Source: Marsupella aquatica (lineage: Eukaryota; Plantae; Marchantiophyta). From it: a stretch of 64,000 nt of DNA. The stretch covers positions 7,740,470 through 7,804,469 of the forward strand of contig OZ316897.1 in assembly GCA_973895155.1 (NCBI GenBank), in the 5' to 3' direction. The position numbers were made by a program, and so were the translations under genes. Shown in pieces: positions 12,498 to 26,131 of this stretch (position 1 is the stretch's first letter; each line of letters opens with the position of its first letter). Under the pieces are notes generated by a model, which ran no database searches, had not been told where the DNA came from, and worked only from the letters and a program-made list of their open reading frames with translations.

Positions 12498-15381
12498 TAA
12501 TCAACTTTTCTGAAAAGGTAATGATAATTTTATACTATCGTAAGCAGATAAATAACATTAGAAATAAGGGAAAGTATGGGCAGTTGGCTCCGCTTTTCAG
12601 CACTCCAATTTGTCAAGAATTGTATTGGTGAAGAGTAACATGATTTTTTAATGAGACACAATAGAAATTTGTGTTGACTTAAATACAAAAATGCTTCCTT
12701 GTATACCGATAGGGAGGCGGTCCGAGGTTCAATGATGTTTTATGTATATCCATCACAATTCAAATTGAATGAATAATAATTCTCGTATTCCCTATGAAAA
12801 TATAATCACTAAGCTCTTAAGGGATAAAGTGGGGCACCATGTAACACAAAGATACAAGATCATATGCGATTTCTTTGGGTCAAGGTAGAACAAGATACAG
12901 CCCTGTCATTATGCTGCATTTTGTACATACGTTGTTGTCTTCCTCTGGCTTCATGCAAAATGAAAAGTAACAAAATAAGGCCATCAGACTGCCAAAGAAC
13001 AAGCCTTTCTTGAGTTATGCAAAACAACGTAACAAAGTCAAGGAACAAAAAGCTCTAAATTCCTGAGACAGGACCCACTATGCCATGGACGCAATAAAGG
13101 GGAACACCAGAGCAACAAAAACTTGCAGCACCCCCTTCCCCTCCCACCACTCATCGGATTTCCACTTGCTCCTTTGGGCTCTTCACAATTTACGGTCAAG
13201 GGCTCAAAAGAAAGGTGTCTCCGAGAACTAAGGCTGGTAAAAATTACAACCAAAAAATGGGGTCTTAAGTGGGAATAAAGGAAAATCAATCTCTTTCATC
13301 TTGTTGGTGGAACTCAAACTCCTGGGATCTTAGCCGTCCATTCAAATTCAAATTCTTGTTATCTTGGCCATCCATTTTTGTTTGCAGCTAGCAATCTCAT
13401 CCGTCAATTTCAGAAGGCCATATATGGCTCGAAGAAAGATCTCAACAAGATCTATTAGTTTATTTTTTCCGATCAAAATATGAATAGATAGTATAGTATG
13501 TAAAATAAAAATTGAAGTGTGTTCGTTTTTGGACTGCCCAATGTCTGGAGGCTGGCCATTTTGTTCCTTGTAGTGAGTCCTGACCAGAGTAGAATACTGT
13601 ACATTATATGAAAACTTCTTCTATACATGTAGTTGTCGTTTAATTGATTGTGATGAGTGTCCTTTCTTTGAAGATCGAAGTTGGAAGTCTTGCTTTTTAG
13701 CATAATTTTACAGCTTATGTTATTCATATCTTTTGCATAGACAACCTTCAGAGTGACGTGCAATATCTGACAAACATTAATATTTCACCCCGGCCGCTCA
13801 ATCCTGTGGTCCTCTTACACAATGATTTTTCGGTGGGAGATGCTATTTTCCTTGAGCATGAGATCTCCTAAAACAACTATAGAGTGCCAAAAGAATAGAT
13901 CCAAAAGAATAGATCGCAGTATGTGGCGTTACAAAAAGTGAGCCTATGGGACCAGCTGTTATATTGTGTAAATGTTTCTTAGCCCCCTTGGCAAGCATCA
14001 CAGCTCGGGGGCAGCCAATTTAGGGTACTCTCCTGGTCAGAACCATATTGCTCCAATATTGCCCCCCGCTACCCCAATCAACTAACACAGGGCATTGAAT
14101 TCACAATTAAACTCACAGACGAAGCTGATGAAAATAGTATGGCCTGAACAACTCACGACTAACTGATCAAAATCTTATGGCCTGAACAATTTAATGATGA
14201 ATATAATGGAAACCTGCGAAATTGAGCTTTCAACATTGCTTCATTGTTAGGGCTTCCCGATTGTTGGGCTCACATGGACAAAGTGCTGTGCGCCAAGTTT
14301 GTGAGCTTTGTGTTCTGCTTGGTGCACATGGATGCTTTATCGTCAATCTGAGCCGTGCTTTCACTTCGGGTGTTTGATAATTGTGCAAAAGTTCTTGACA
14401 ATGTGATACTGTGACCGCGCAGGATCCTGACAGGATCACTGTGAGATAGCATGGGCTCAGATAGTCAGTGGGGACTTTTCATATAGATGCTATATACAAC
14501 ATCCGCAGTAACTTAGAGCGAGAAAATATAATCTCAGATATGCCTGACAGTAGAGAATTCACATATAGATTGTATACAACATCCACAGTGGCTTAGAAAA
14601 AGAAAATATCAACTCAGAAATGCCATCCCTGACAAGACTCGTGAGAAGAGATATCGTACTGGCTTAGAAAAAGAACATATCTCTCAGAAATGCCAGCCCT
14701 CACAGGATTACAGGAGAGACTCGGCTAGTTTCTTTCCTCTTACTTAGCGCTCTTTGTTCCGAAATGTTTCTGGCGTCCTCCTTTCCTAGATATAGCGGAA
14801 ATCTTGAAAATATACTGTGAACCCTGGTGAGATATATTTATTCACTACAGTTGCAAATATTCTAAACTTGTTCATCATATGGTTGTAGTTATTCTGACTT
14901 TCAACACCAGGGGCTTCAAATTTTGTCACTCAGTTCCAAAATTTCTAAAATTAATTAGTAAATCAGCAAATAGACCCTTAATTTAGTATACTTATTCGAA
15001 AGTGCTCAGATAATCATTGGAGAGTACACAACTATTCGGACACACAGCAGTCCAGTTCTCAAAAGGGCACCGCAGATACTGTCCCATGATCTCCCTTCTT
15101 GCTAGACCAATTCATTGGAAAATCACAGAAGATCTCCAGTATTCCTAGACCAATTCATTGGAAAATTCGACAAGAAGATAAAAAACAACTGAGCTACAAG
15201 TCTGCTGAGAAATAATGTCCTGGTGTTCACAGAAGGTTATCAATCAGCAATAAAATAAGTGAAATTGGCATCATATTTAACGTAATTCGGGAACAGAACT
15301 TGCAAATATTGAAGCGCAGACATGTTCCAAATAAGAATATTGCTGAATCAGAATGAACGCAATTCAAGTCTCAAGTCTAAC

Positions 15382-18300
15382 CTATTTCGCTGTTGACGAG
15401 TCAGTTTTAAAGAAATCACTGATTATAGACCTACCACCTGTTTTTGGCCTCTTAAGCCGAAGTTGGTTTCGTAGTTCTTGTTGGATCTCTTCTGGGAGTT
15501 CTGAAAGCACACCTTCATCAATCTCATCCTCCTTATAGTTCCAGCTGACAGTGCTACTCTTTTTCGCGTTTGGTGAGGGTTGTATGTTTGGTCTGGACTT
15601 TTCCCAGAGGTCATCCACTCTTTGAAAAACAAGCCTCTTGGATGAGCAAGCAGATGCTACTCGTTGACTGGCCATCGATCTTCGAGTCACATCATCAACC
15701 TTGGATTTCTGCACAGATCTTGGCAAAGAACTACTCAGGGTCGCAGTCCTATCGTCATTTTCCACTGCTGGGCTCACACTTTTCGAGAGCTCTCTACCAG
15801 GAACAGAATCAAAATCTTGAAATGGAGATCTGCCTATGTTAGCGAAGGATGTCGTCCTTTCACTGGTTTTTATGTTTCCCTCTCCATTCATCTCTATGGC
15901 ACATCTCGAGACTGGATCACTAATTTGCTCAAGGGGTGAGCAGGTAATCACTTCTGCGTCCGTCAGTGTCTCACTACTTCTACGACTCCCTTCTCCTGTT
16001 GATTGCACCAAAGTTGAATCATACGAGCAAACTGTAGACGAATCGTCTGGAAACTCCAGTGCAGTAAGACATCCTGCAGGCCTGACTGGCACACCAAACT
16101 TGGGAGTACACAGCAGATTTGTCTCACAATCTTCAGCACTAAAAGCTCCGTTTCCAGGTCTGTTGACAGGCCCCCTTTCATCCGTATCCCTCTGAGCATG
16201 CCTTGAATCATCATCGTCCGACTTCAAGAAATTTGTCTGCCTTCTATTGCTATTTACTGTCTCGAGTATTTCATTTGAGGCAGTACGGGCCACAGTCAAG
16301 TCTGTATTAGCCGAATCACAACAACGACGATTGCTGAATTGTCTTGATCCTAAAACTTTAATAATAGGAGAATCCACAGGAAGGGCAATACCATTGCCCG
16401 CCCTTTTATCAGATGAACTACACAAAGGACCTGATTCCATTCCCATACCGGTTGTGATATCCACATCCTCCTTACCAGTATTGTCCTTCCATTGGGAGGA
16501 CTTACCAAACCTATCCAGTTCGGCACAATTCTCTCCACCAGGTAAAGATACTAATGATGACGAACGCAGCGATGAGGGTGATGAAGGGGGTGTGGTGACG
16601 CTGCCCGGGTCACCTACAGTAGCAACAACGGTAGTACTAGCTGGAGCTGCAAAATATTGAGTAATAGGAGCCGTACCCTGTCAACAGATAGAGAGTTAAT
16701 ATGTCACTAGCTCCATATCAAACCTTCAAAACTACACATGCCCAGTTTAACAGGAGCACAACCATAAAGCGACTGCGTAATGTCAGCAAAAATGCCCTAA
16801 TGATTCAAGAAGTAACAGGGCTCAGGCGCATGACTATCTGTGACAACAATCAAATACACCTAGACAGCATGACGGGGCACTTACTGAGGCATCTACGATG
16901 CTACTAGCGCTTAGGCTGAGTGCTGTTACTCCCCAGCTGCAGCCGGAACCAACCTTCTCCCCTTTTGCAGGAGATAAACGATTTGGACAGAAGTCACTCA
17001 GAGCTCGCCTAAACAAGATGAGTGCATCGCATGCAATCTTCTCTTTGCCATACCTTATAGCACAAGACTTCGACGGAAAAGGCCTACCAGAATTGTCACC
17101 TTTTCTTTCCTACAGTCCAGGAACTTGTTATCAGAAACTTTCATTGTCATTATGATCTTCTGCCAACACAGCTTGTCTGAGCAGGTATCGCTGCAACGAC
17201 ATGAGTGATTCCCATACGACTAAAACAAACAATTATATCAAGATCTACCTACGTCGACTATTCAGAGTTCAACAACCCTCCCCACCCCACCCCCGTCCTA
17301 CACTGAAATGTATCATTCGCCAGAATTCTGAAATGATCATTGCTATGCTCCAATTGTCTTCTGCTATTTCATCCCCACATCCGCCAGATAACTAAGACAG
17401 AAGATAAAATCTGCGTATATAACTAACTGTTTTGAAATCCTTATTCAACTTCAGAAGATGGTACCAGATGACAAGCAGCATGGCACACAAGAAGTCTCGC
17501 TGAGCGATTGTTCTGCTGAAGGTCTAGATCCAAGCGTTCCTGTAACTCCCCGGACAGCTCTGAAAGCCAATGAGCAACCTGGATAGTTCATACATAGCAG
17601 GATTTTTCAAGAGGACCGACATATTCAAGCATGAAAAGTATCCAACTGCTTCTAAACCAGGAGGAAGTTGGAGGCTACCGTGCATACAAGTTTGACACGA
17701 GGAATCAATAAATTTAGAATTACTTCTGCATGTATGGAGACTCCTGGTCCATGAAATTGTAGCAGGGCAAGAGAATAAAGCTAAGAAATTGGCCAAATCT
17801 ACAAGATGGAGCAGCTTACAGAGTCAAGATCTTTTAACGCTTTTGGACCAGGAAATGTCTTTCCACAGCCGTGGCTCTTGGGCAGTGTGCGACCCTCAAC
17901 TTGATCACCGCTCATCCCCCTGGCCACTCTCCAGAGCCACGTGCTGCAAAAACAACAAAAGACCATGTCCAGAAAGTATGTGTTCATTATAGCCTGTCCT
18001 TTCTCGAAGGAAGCTCAATGGTAATCCAGACGTCGTACTAGAACTGAGAGAAACTTGTACTCTTGATGGCCTTACAGGGATATTGCTAGTAGAAATAATT
18101 AAAAAGCGCAGAAATATGAAAGTTGGATGAAGGAAGCACATGAGAGTTACAATTATGAAACGGAAGTGGGACACGTTTGCAAGGTTCAAAACTATGCAAT
18201 TTTGCTTTTACCCAGTATTTGTTCCATATAAATCTTGAAGTTTTGATTCAGAGTACGGGAGAAGGTCTCCAATTTTTTCAATCCCTAAATCTCTTTCCAC

Positions 18301-21300
18301 AGCTTTCCCTAGCTTTCCTCCCAATCCTTTCCTGAAAAGGATGGCATCAACGTCAGCTACAGAGATTTTCTCGAGTTCCATTTTACAGACAGTCAAGATC
18401 AGATAGTAATTAAGAAAAATTCAAGACCATCCTTACTAAAGTCCGCTCTGTAAGCTAACCAAAGAAATCAACAGTATCTGGCATTGACCTGCAATCAGTA
18501 CCTCCTTGCTATGAAACAAATCTCCAACTTCATATGGTGTTACTGAATATCATTACAATTCTACCTACTAGATGCGTCCACTTTCTGTGTGCGTTAACTT
18601 TTATTCACTCAAACAAAGTAGGGCTTTCATCCCCGGACAAAATCTTAGTGGACCTTCCACGTCCTTTCGTTGTTCAAATCCGCAAAGCTAATATCAGGAA
18701 GAATATTGTGTTCCTTGAAAAATATTTGCGTTCATAAGGTGATGTCTTGAGAATAACTTACAGTTTCTTGATTGGCAAGGAACCCAGTAAGCCAGCAGCG
18801 CCAGAAGAAGGAATAAGAGTTTGCTGGGAAGGCTTGTGCATACCACTGGCAAGCTTAGCTAGCATCTGGAGTATTTGGACAGGTACAAAATTGTAGACCA
18901 AGTTTCAGGCCACAAAATTATGCAGATTAAAAGCGGTATCACTCACGCTGTACGCAAGTCAAACTTGAAATAACAATGGCGTGGATTCAAACATGAACGG
19001 AAGCCGCAATGCAAGTAGGACAATCGAAACCTTGTTGTGAGCAATTCCTGCAGAGGTAGTGAACCCTGTCTCCTCATACACAGCAGTGCGTAGTTCTGCT
19101 ATTATCATGGCCCCACAGGCAAGCAATTGATCACTTCTGGACGCAGACACAGCACTCCGACACAACCAATCTTTCACCTCCACTCTCTTATCAGGACCCT
19201 GCTCCCACAGAAGTTCCACGGGTAATTCTGAGCTCCGAAAGTAACATATGCACGCTTATGCAATTTCAGGGAATTCTAAAGTGGTGTCTATCTTAAGTAC
19301 AGAATTAGTTGAACTTGAGCTTACGAACCTCAACCTATCAAACAAAAGAATGAACTAGATAATATTGTCTTCGTTCTATTTCTCATGTCTATTTATACGA
19401 ATTATCAAGGGTTGATCGCATGAAGCATGATTATGACTATCAGTTTCCGAATGGAGTGATTAAAAACCTGCATTGATACCTCTTCAATTCCGACAACGTG
19501 AGTGCCTAGAACTTGTGGGTTGAAGTCCTCTACAGTATCTGGGGGACTTTGCTGGAGGCGCTCAACGGCAGCTTCTGTGACGTCCAAGTACACTTCATCA
19601 ATGGATGCTCGCTCACATACTCCCCCTCTTGAGAAAACAGCTACCACCTGTAATTGAAAGAAAAATGTCTAGTGTTTTCATCTATTGTATGAGATTGATT
19701 TATAGATTCTAGTATTCCTATTGCTTGGACAAGTTAGTGCGGTGGTGCACCGAATGTAAGCCGTTCAGCTTTACAGAATAATGAAAGGGCAGCACACTAA
19801 AATAAGTTCTGGCCAAAACAGTACTCGACGAGGTGTTGAACAATTGCACAGATCATTATCGTTGCTGGCTACACATTATTCAAGGTTTGGTAGGAAACTT
19901 GTCGAAACAGTCACTCAATCTGAGGAAGTTATTCAACTATAATTGACGCTGCTGTGAACACACAAATGGGCCGGCATTCTGAACAGTGAGTCCTCACCTC
20001 TGAGCCAGCATCTCGGTAATCTGTGAGATCGGCTTTCCCGTAGTGCGTCGGGACTTGAATCAAGCTGATCTCTGCGCAAACCTTCCGGGCATCATCTCCA
20101 CGCATATTTCTGTTGAAAACCAGCTTCAGTCAGAAGTACTCAAACCCACGTTCTCTCTGGAAGCGCTCCAAAAGCATCACCGAGGCCCTTTCAGAAGAAA
20201 GCTAAGCAAAGTTTGCAGATAGATACGACCTAATGATGCAGAAAATAGATTCCTTTATACATGAGCTCCTACTATAAATTTCAGTGCTGTACTGGAGCCA
20301 TTTGAGTTCTAATTGACACATTTCATGATTCCACTCCTACTGGATTTTAGAAGGCTGAGAGAAGTGTTCACATATCCGGATATGAAACCTGAACCTTCAA
20401 TAGAAACGAGCCGAGGACCCACCGAGTGACCCCAGCAGCACGAGCCTCGTATCCTACAGCGATGATTCCACCACCTTTCCAAGGATTATACATCACCACT
20501 GCCGTCGGTTTTCCTTTGAGCTCTGGATGCCTTCTCTGTTCAACTGCACAAATCGTCCACAAGTCATCGAAACTAACTCTCAGATCTTCCAACTTACGAC
20601 CGCCCTTTAACCTGCACTTTTCCCTACCGAAGAGCATCGGACACGATAACAGAAGCAACCCTGCAGTTCACTTTTATAGAGAAATAATAAAGTTCTCGCG
20701 TTACAACAGACCTTCTCTGTGCCAGATTTCATATAAAGTTAAGGTTCTGAATTTCTCGGTGTAGATTATGCTGAATGTTAGAGATCAAACATAAAAATGT
20801 ATAGTCTCACAAGATTGTTTTCCGGAATTTTAAACTTTCTATTTCTTCTGAATGTAACGGCTTAAGAGTAAAAAAATTTAAGCCTTATGCTACCATCCTC
20901 AATTCTCCTGCATGTTCAGACTGAAGCGTAAGGCTTCGTAGTCTCATACAGTTATCATCCTCCATTTTAAGTTTATATTTCTCTTGAAAGCTAAGGCTAC
21001 TGTAGCTTTTGCTCACTCAAACGCGCATACGATTCCAGCTGGGTCAATGTCATATTAAGTCGACCACTGTCGAAGTACGACATTCCTCCAGTGAGGCTAT
21101 AAACATCACATAAATCCAGAGTTGGGAAGATGACATACAGAAACCTGCTACGCGATCCTGAAATCTCGATGGATTTGGCCAACTATTGAGGAGGATTCTA
21201 ACAAAAACTCAACTCGTCAAGGAATTCAATCAATCAAATCAGGTCATGTTGACCACAGCGCAAAGACAGGCACCTTGAACATAGAAACAGTCGAGATCCA

Positions 21301-21349
21301 CATGAGCTATGACCCTCGTGTCAGGCGGCTCAGCACGCGCCACCGGCAT
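15382..21349 (-). CDS. POLH: DNA polymerase eta (Y-family translesion polymerase), 11 exons: 21349-21274, 20543-20423, 20109-19998, 19647-19480, 19198-19031, 18865-18762, 18331-18212, 17943-17820, 17578-17465, 17109-16885, 16677-15382
   Basis: Spliced translation starts MPVARAEPPDTRVIAHVDLDCFYVQ|VEQRRHPELKGKPTAVVMYNPWKGGGIIAVGYEAR. It contains ERASIDEVYLD, TSAGIAHNK|MLAKLASGMHKP, GLGGKLG and LPKSHGCGKTF, then a C-terminal UBM-like EIDEGVLSELPEEIQQEL and a PIP-box-like SIISDFF. All introns are GT-AG and in frame. Confidence 0.96.
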
Positions 21350-22618
21350 TTTGCTCGCCTACTCCTCGTTACTTAGAACCTTCCCAATCTGCCAATTCTT
21401 GACAAGCTGAGAAGAGTTCAGCGTCCCATAAAAGTCCCTAGTTAATATGGGGCTACCATCCAAATGTTCACCTAAGATGCAATCATCTTAGAAAACTGGA
21501 GACTCGTCGACTCCGAATAGAATCCGACTTGGAGGAAATTCAGCCCGAATCACAGCCAGCTCTAAACCCCTGCTGACCCTTTTAAAGGAACGGATCGGTC
21601 AATCAAGAGAATCTTGAGCTGATGTGAAGAATGCTGGATGTTCCTTTCAGTCTTTGAATGACAGCACCAGAATTGTCCAAATTCAGGAGACTCGTTTGAA
21701 GCTCCAGCCTGTCTTGGGCCGCATGTTTCTAGAGATTAATCGAAACAATTCTTTCAGACTAAACAAAACCGACCAAACAAAGGGCTCATCGGTAGTCAGC
21801 ATGGGCCAGACAGAGAAAGACTACTGAAAACTTGACGCGCACAATCTCGCCCACCAGCGACCCACACGCCATTTGTCATCTCCACCGCAGAGAACATGAG
21901 AACGAACAAATGAGCGGACGGAAGACAATCGAAGGCATGATTGTGTCCCAGAAATGCGAGCATCCAGTTCATCCATGGAAACACGTCTCACTTTTGGCTC
22001 ATTCCGGACTTATCAATCCTGACTCTGTGCAAGGCGTCAGTGTAGGGGCCATGATTCAGCAGCGATTAGCAATGTAGTGTCAACAGACCAGTGTGACGTA
22101 AAGTATAAGCCTTTCTCTTGTTTAGCCCTACCTCTCTCCCTCGTATTTCCTTGGACCCAACAAAACATGCCTCGTGTTTCCTTTTGCCGAACAAAACGCA
22201 CAAAATTAATTCACCTATACTAGTCCCTGAAAATGCATTTATAGGAGTCCCTGGAAATGCTAAGAAATAAAGCAAGAAAATAAAACAAAGAAATTGTCCA
22301 AATCTACAAGATGGAGCAGCTTATAGAGTCAAGATCTTTTTGTAGAGGTTAACTCAATCTTAGGTTGAACTATGGTTAGTATGTTAACTGGGGTTAGAGT
22401 AAACCCTAGTTGAAGAGTTGATCCTTATCTCTTCAACTTCTATGTGGTGTGAGAACATACAAGAGAGTTCTCAAGAGAGAACACAGTGATATAGCAAGAG
22501 ATGAGAGCTTGAAGAGATGAAAGCTATGGTGATGCTTGAGTACACACATAACCGTTAATAAAGCTTTGTATTCCAATGGACATAGCCAACCTTGAGGCGA
22601 ACCACGTAACTATTGAGC

Positions 22619-22915
22619 CTCAGGGGTCTCACTATATGGGGACCTACCCATCACTTGCGACGTTTTTAGGCCTCGGACCCCCTAAAATGTAAGAAAAAAT
22701 TATTGTTTTTTAACCCCTATAAAGTTGGAATATTCTTGGAATATTCCAAAAAATGGACTAAAAAGGCCCTAATGTTCTTATAAGTCTCAAAATTGAATTT
22801 AAAAGACCCTATTGTTCTTCTACAAAAATTCGTAAGTCTTCCCTTACAACCAATAAAATGACCCTATCCTTCGTTGCACGTGATATGCCATTTTTGTGGA
22901 AGTGAAACCCCCGAG
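22619..22915. mobile_element. MITE (297 bp) with 15-bp TIRs and an 8-bp TSD, inserted in the Copia 5' LTR
   Basis: TIRs CTCAGGGGTCTCACT / AGTGAAACCCCCGAG; TSD TATTGAGC at 22611-22618 and 22916-22923. The 3' LTR shows the empty site with a single TATTGAGC. Confidence 0.93.
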
Positions 22916-23325
22916 TATTGAGCACGTGTATGTTTGGAGTGTTCTTCCTGATCTGATTTCTCTCCACAATTGGTATCAGAGCTCAGGTTTTCAGTCGATT
23001 AGGAACTCCATAGAACTTGCTTCAAGCAAAGCGAACAGCGGATGATTTCCTCTTCGAAGCGGAGCTATTGAAAGAAGATCGGACTCAATCTTCTCACAAG
23101 TGTGGAGCACACAACCAGGGGCTCATTTCAGTGAAGCAATGAAGGCCTGAGGTCAGAAACGGAAACAATTGTAAGTGACGGTTTTCAATTTACGTTATCA
23201 GGCAAGAGATAAGGACCAACTCTTCAACTAGGGTTTACTCTAACCCCAGTTAACATACTAACCATAGTTCAACCCAAGACTGAGTTAACCTCTACAAACT
23301 CCCCCTTGACTCATGTCTTGGAAGG

Positions 23326-24349
23326 CACCACACTTCTTGCCGAAGTCAATTTGGTCACATCTCAGGAGGAGAAAATCAATTTATGGCATGCTCGGTTTGG
23401 TCACATGAGTGAAAAAAGTTTGGAAATCCTACACAAGCGACATCTTCTACCAGGATTGCAAGCATGCAAGTTGAGTTTTTGTGATCATTGCATTGTCGGC
23501 AAGAAAACAAGAACTTCATTTTCGACTGTCATTCATCATTCTAAAGTTGTACTTGAGTATATTCATTCCGACGTGTGGGGTCCTGCTTCGGTTTCCTCAC
23601 ATTCAGGCAAACAATACTATGTATCGTTTATCGATGATTACTCAAGGTTTGTTTGGATTTATTTCATTGCCCATAAGTTTGAAGTGTTTTCCATCTTCAA
23701 ACAATGGGTAGCTCAAGTTGAGACACAGACTGCAAAGAATGTGAGATATCTACGATCAGATAATGGTGGTGAATACACCTCTGGCGAGTTCAACACGTAT
23801 TGTGCAAATAAGGGAATTACTCACCATCTCACAACTGTGTACACTCCTGAGCAAAATGGTGTTGCTGAGCGACTCAACCGCACATTGTTGGAGCGAGCAA
23901 GGAGCATGTTGAGCCACTCTAAATTGCCACAAATCTTTTGGGCGAAAGCTGTCAACATAGCTGCTTATCTCGTAAATCTCTCTCCTAGTCGGGCAATTAT
24001 TTACAAAACCCCCTTTGAGCTATGGCACAATCGACCTGCTGATTATTCAAAGCTTAAGGTTTTTGGCTGTAAAGCATATGCACATGTTCCTAGCAACAAT
24101 AGGACTAAGCTAGATCCTAGAGCCCAAAAATGCATTTTTCTTGGTTATCAGCGTGACGTTAAAGGATATCGATTGTGGGATCCAGTTGATTGCAAGTTAC
24201 TTGTTAGTCGGGATGTATCCTTCAATGAAGACAAATCATTGAAGGAGGGGGAGATAGATCAATTCCCTACTACTAACAAAGTGCAATCTCCTCCTCTAGA
24301 GGATTTAAGAGGAGAGGATGTGTCAAATAAAGAATATGTTGACACTACT
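23326..24349 (+). pseudogene. Copia pol, GAG-pre-integrase + integrase portion
   Basis: LWHARFGHMSEK, CDHCIVGK, YIHSDVWGP, FIDDYSR, LRSDNGGEY, PEQNGVAER and KGYRLWDP. It is interrupted by a solo LTR at 24350. Confidence 0.95.
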
Positions 24350-26126
24350 TGTAGTATCACACTAGGGACAAAAATAAACATTTAAGATCCAAAACTCGGT
24401 ATTCGTTCCCATGGAAGAACATGTAAGGAATGATTTTCTATGATTTAGCACTTATGAATGAATAAGGTAACAAAAACACAAAGGTTGAGCCTTTTACTAT
24501 GGTTGCTCAGCAAGGCATAGTTTTAAATGTCTGCTTGACATTGTAAATAAAATTAACAAATGGAAACAATTAATAAAACACAATGAAAACCTTGAGGTAT
24601 GGTGAGGGCGTTAGGAAACAACCAAGGTGACTCCTCAACATAACTTCATTTGATATGATTTAGGTGGTATATCCGCAAGAACATTTCTGGAAAGGATTAC
24701 GATACTAGGATGATTACTAAAATACCGTCAACATGTCTCAACTTTTCCTTCCAAGGTACTGAGTGGAGACTAGTAATCAATCACTTCTGTATCCAATCGG
24801 TACTTTCTGTCACAAATAAGAGACACCATCATAATCAAATTTGAAGCCATAAGTAATTGATAAGTAACAATCTTTGCATCCCGTGCACAAGCAATGTCAC
24901 GTCAAAAACTATGCATCAAGAACTAAGGAATATGTAGAACATCACCAGCAAGGAATCTATTTCCACATACTCAAAAGATTTAACAATCACAATAATTTTA
25001 CTTCAAGGGTCCAAACTTCTCATTCATTTAGACTTGAAGGGGGAAGAATTTCTTTGTATTAAGTACTCATATGCAATGGAGTGCTTGCTACAAATGGAGG
25101 TAACAAAGTTGCAATCTTGCAACTGAGCGCTCATGAAATTTCTTCACACTAAAAGTGACAGAAATTCAAGTACATATAGGGTGGCAGGAACTAAAGAGAA
25201 AAGAGATAATGAAAGGACATGCCCTTTCATATCTTAAGGGTCATAAACTAAAGTAAAAAGTATGAAAATATGCTACAAGAGTACTCAAGGTTGAGTAGAA
25301 TGCTCCTGGAATCAAAAACTAACTAAAAGTTATCCCTAGTGTAAACTGGAGTAAAAGTGTTTTTACACTTTTGTGATAAAACTAATAAATAGTGAGTTTA
25401 TTGGAATTTTAATTTCTAACATAAAAGTCAAAATGGGGTGAAACTTTCCTAGGTGGAAGATTTATATACATGTTACATGCTGGCAAAATTTTAGACTTTT
25501 CTGAGGTGTCTAAGTGCCTTAATAAAATAGTTGAAAAGTGCTGTAGGATAAACAAAATACATTTTCCGGAAATTTTTCTAAGTGTTGGAGGCGCCGTTGC
25601 GCCTTTGCGCTTTGGAGCACTAGCGCCTTTGCGCCTTTGCGCAATTACGCTTAAGCAAAACTAAAAATGCTATAACTTCTAAAGTATATGTCAGTTTCGG
25701 TCGATACTTTCAGGGTATGGTCTACTATGTAAGGGCTATCTCCTGAAAAAGTATGAGACTTTTCTAACTACTTTAGCTATTTAATTAAAATTGCACAGAT
25801 CGATTGATCTTAACTATTGTCGTAGGAGAACTAATCTTGTTGGAGTAGTGTTGTCTGGTCTGGTTGCTGAACTCTTGTGTAGGTATTCTCTCGCATAGCT
25901 TCTTGAATTTCATCCATGTCTTGAGTGTGATGCCGATAGAAAGGTAAAGACTTCCGTTGTCGTTCAAGATCCAGAACAGGAAGTAGTCTTCGGTGTAGCA
26001 TGGTATTAGGTAAAGTGTTCAGTTGATCTAAATTGCTACAAAAGGTAGCTATACTGCACCTTTGACTTAGAAAAAGTTCAAAATTTATAATTTTTTAATT
26101 ATTTCTAACTAATGTACTATATTACA
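24350..26126. mobile_element. Solo LTR (1777 bp) of another LTR retrotransposon family inserted in the Copia IN-RT linker; TSD CTACT
   Basis: Begins TGTAGTAT and ends ATATTACA (imperfect terminal inverted repeat). It is flanked by CTACT at 24345-24349 and 26127-26131 and has no substantial ORF. Removal restores ...EYVDTTVRQSTLQSDQPESSVRRG... Confidence 0.9.
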
Positions 26127-26131
26127 CTACT

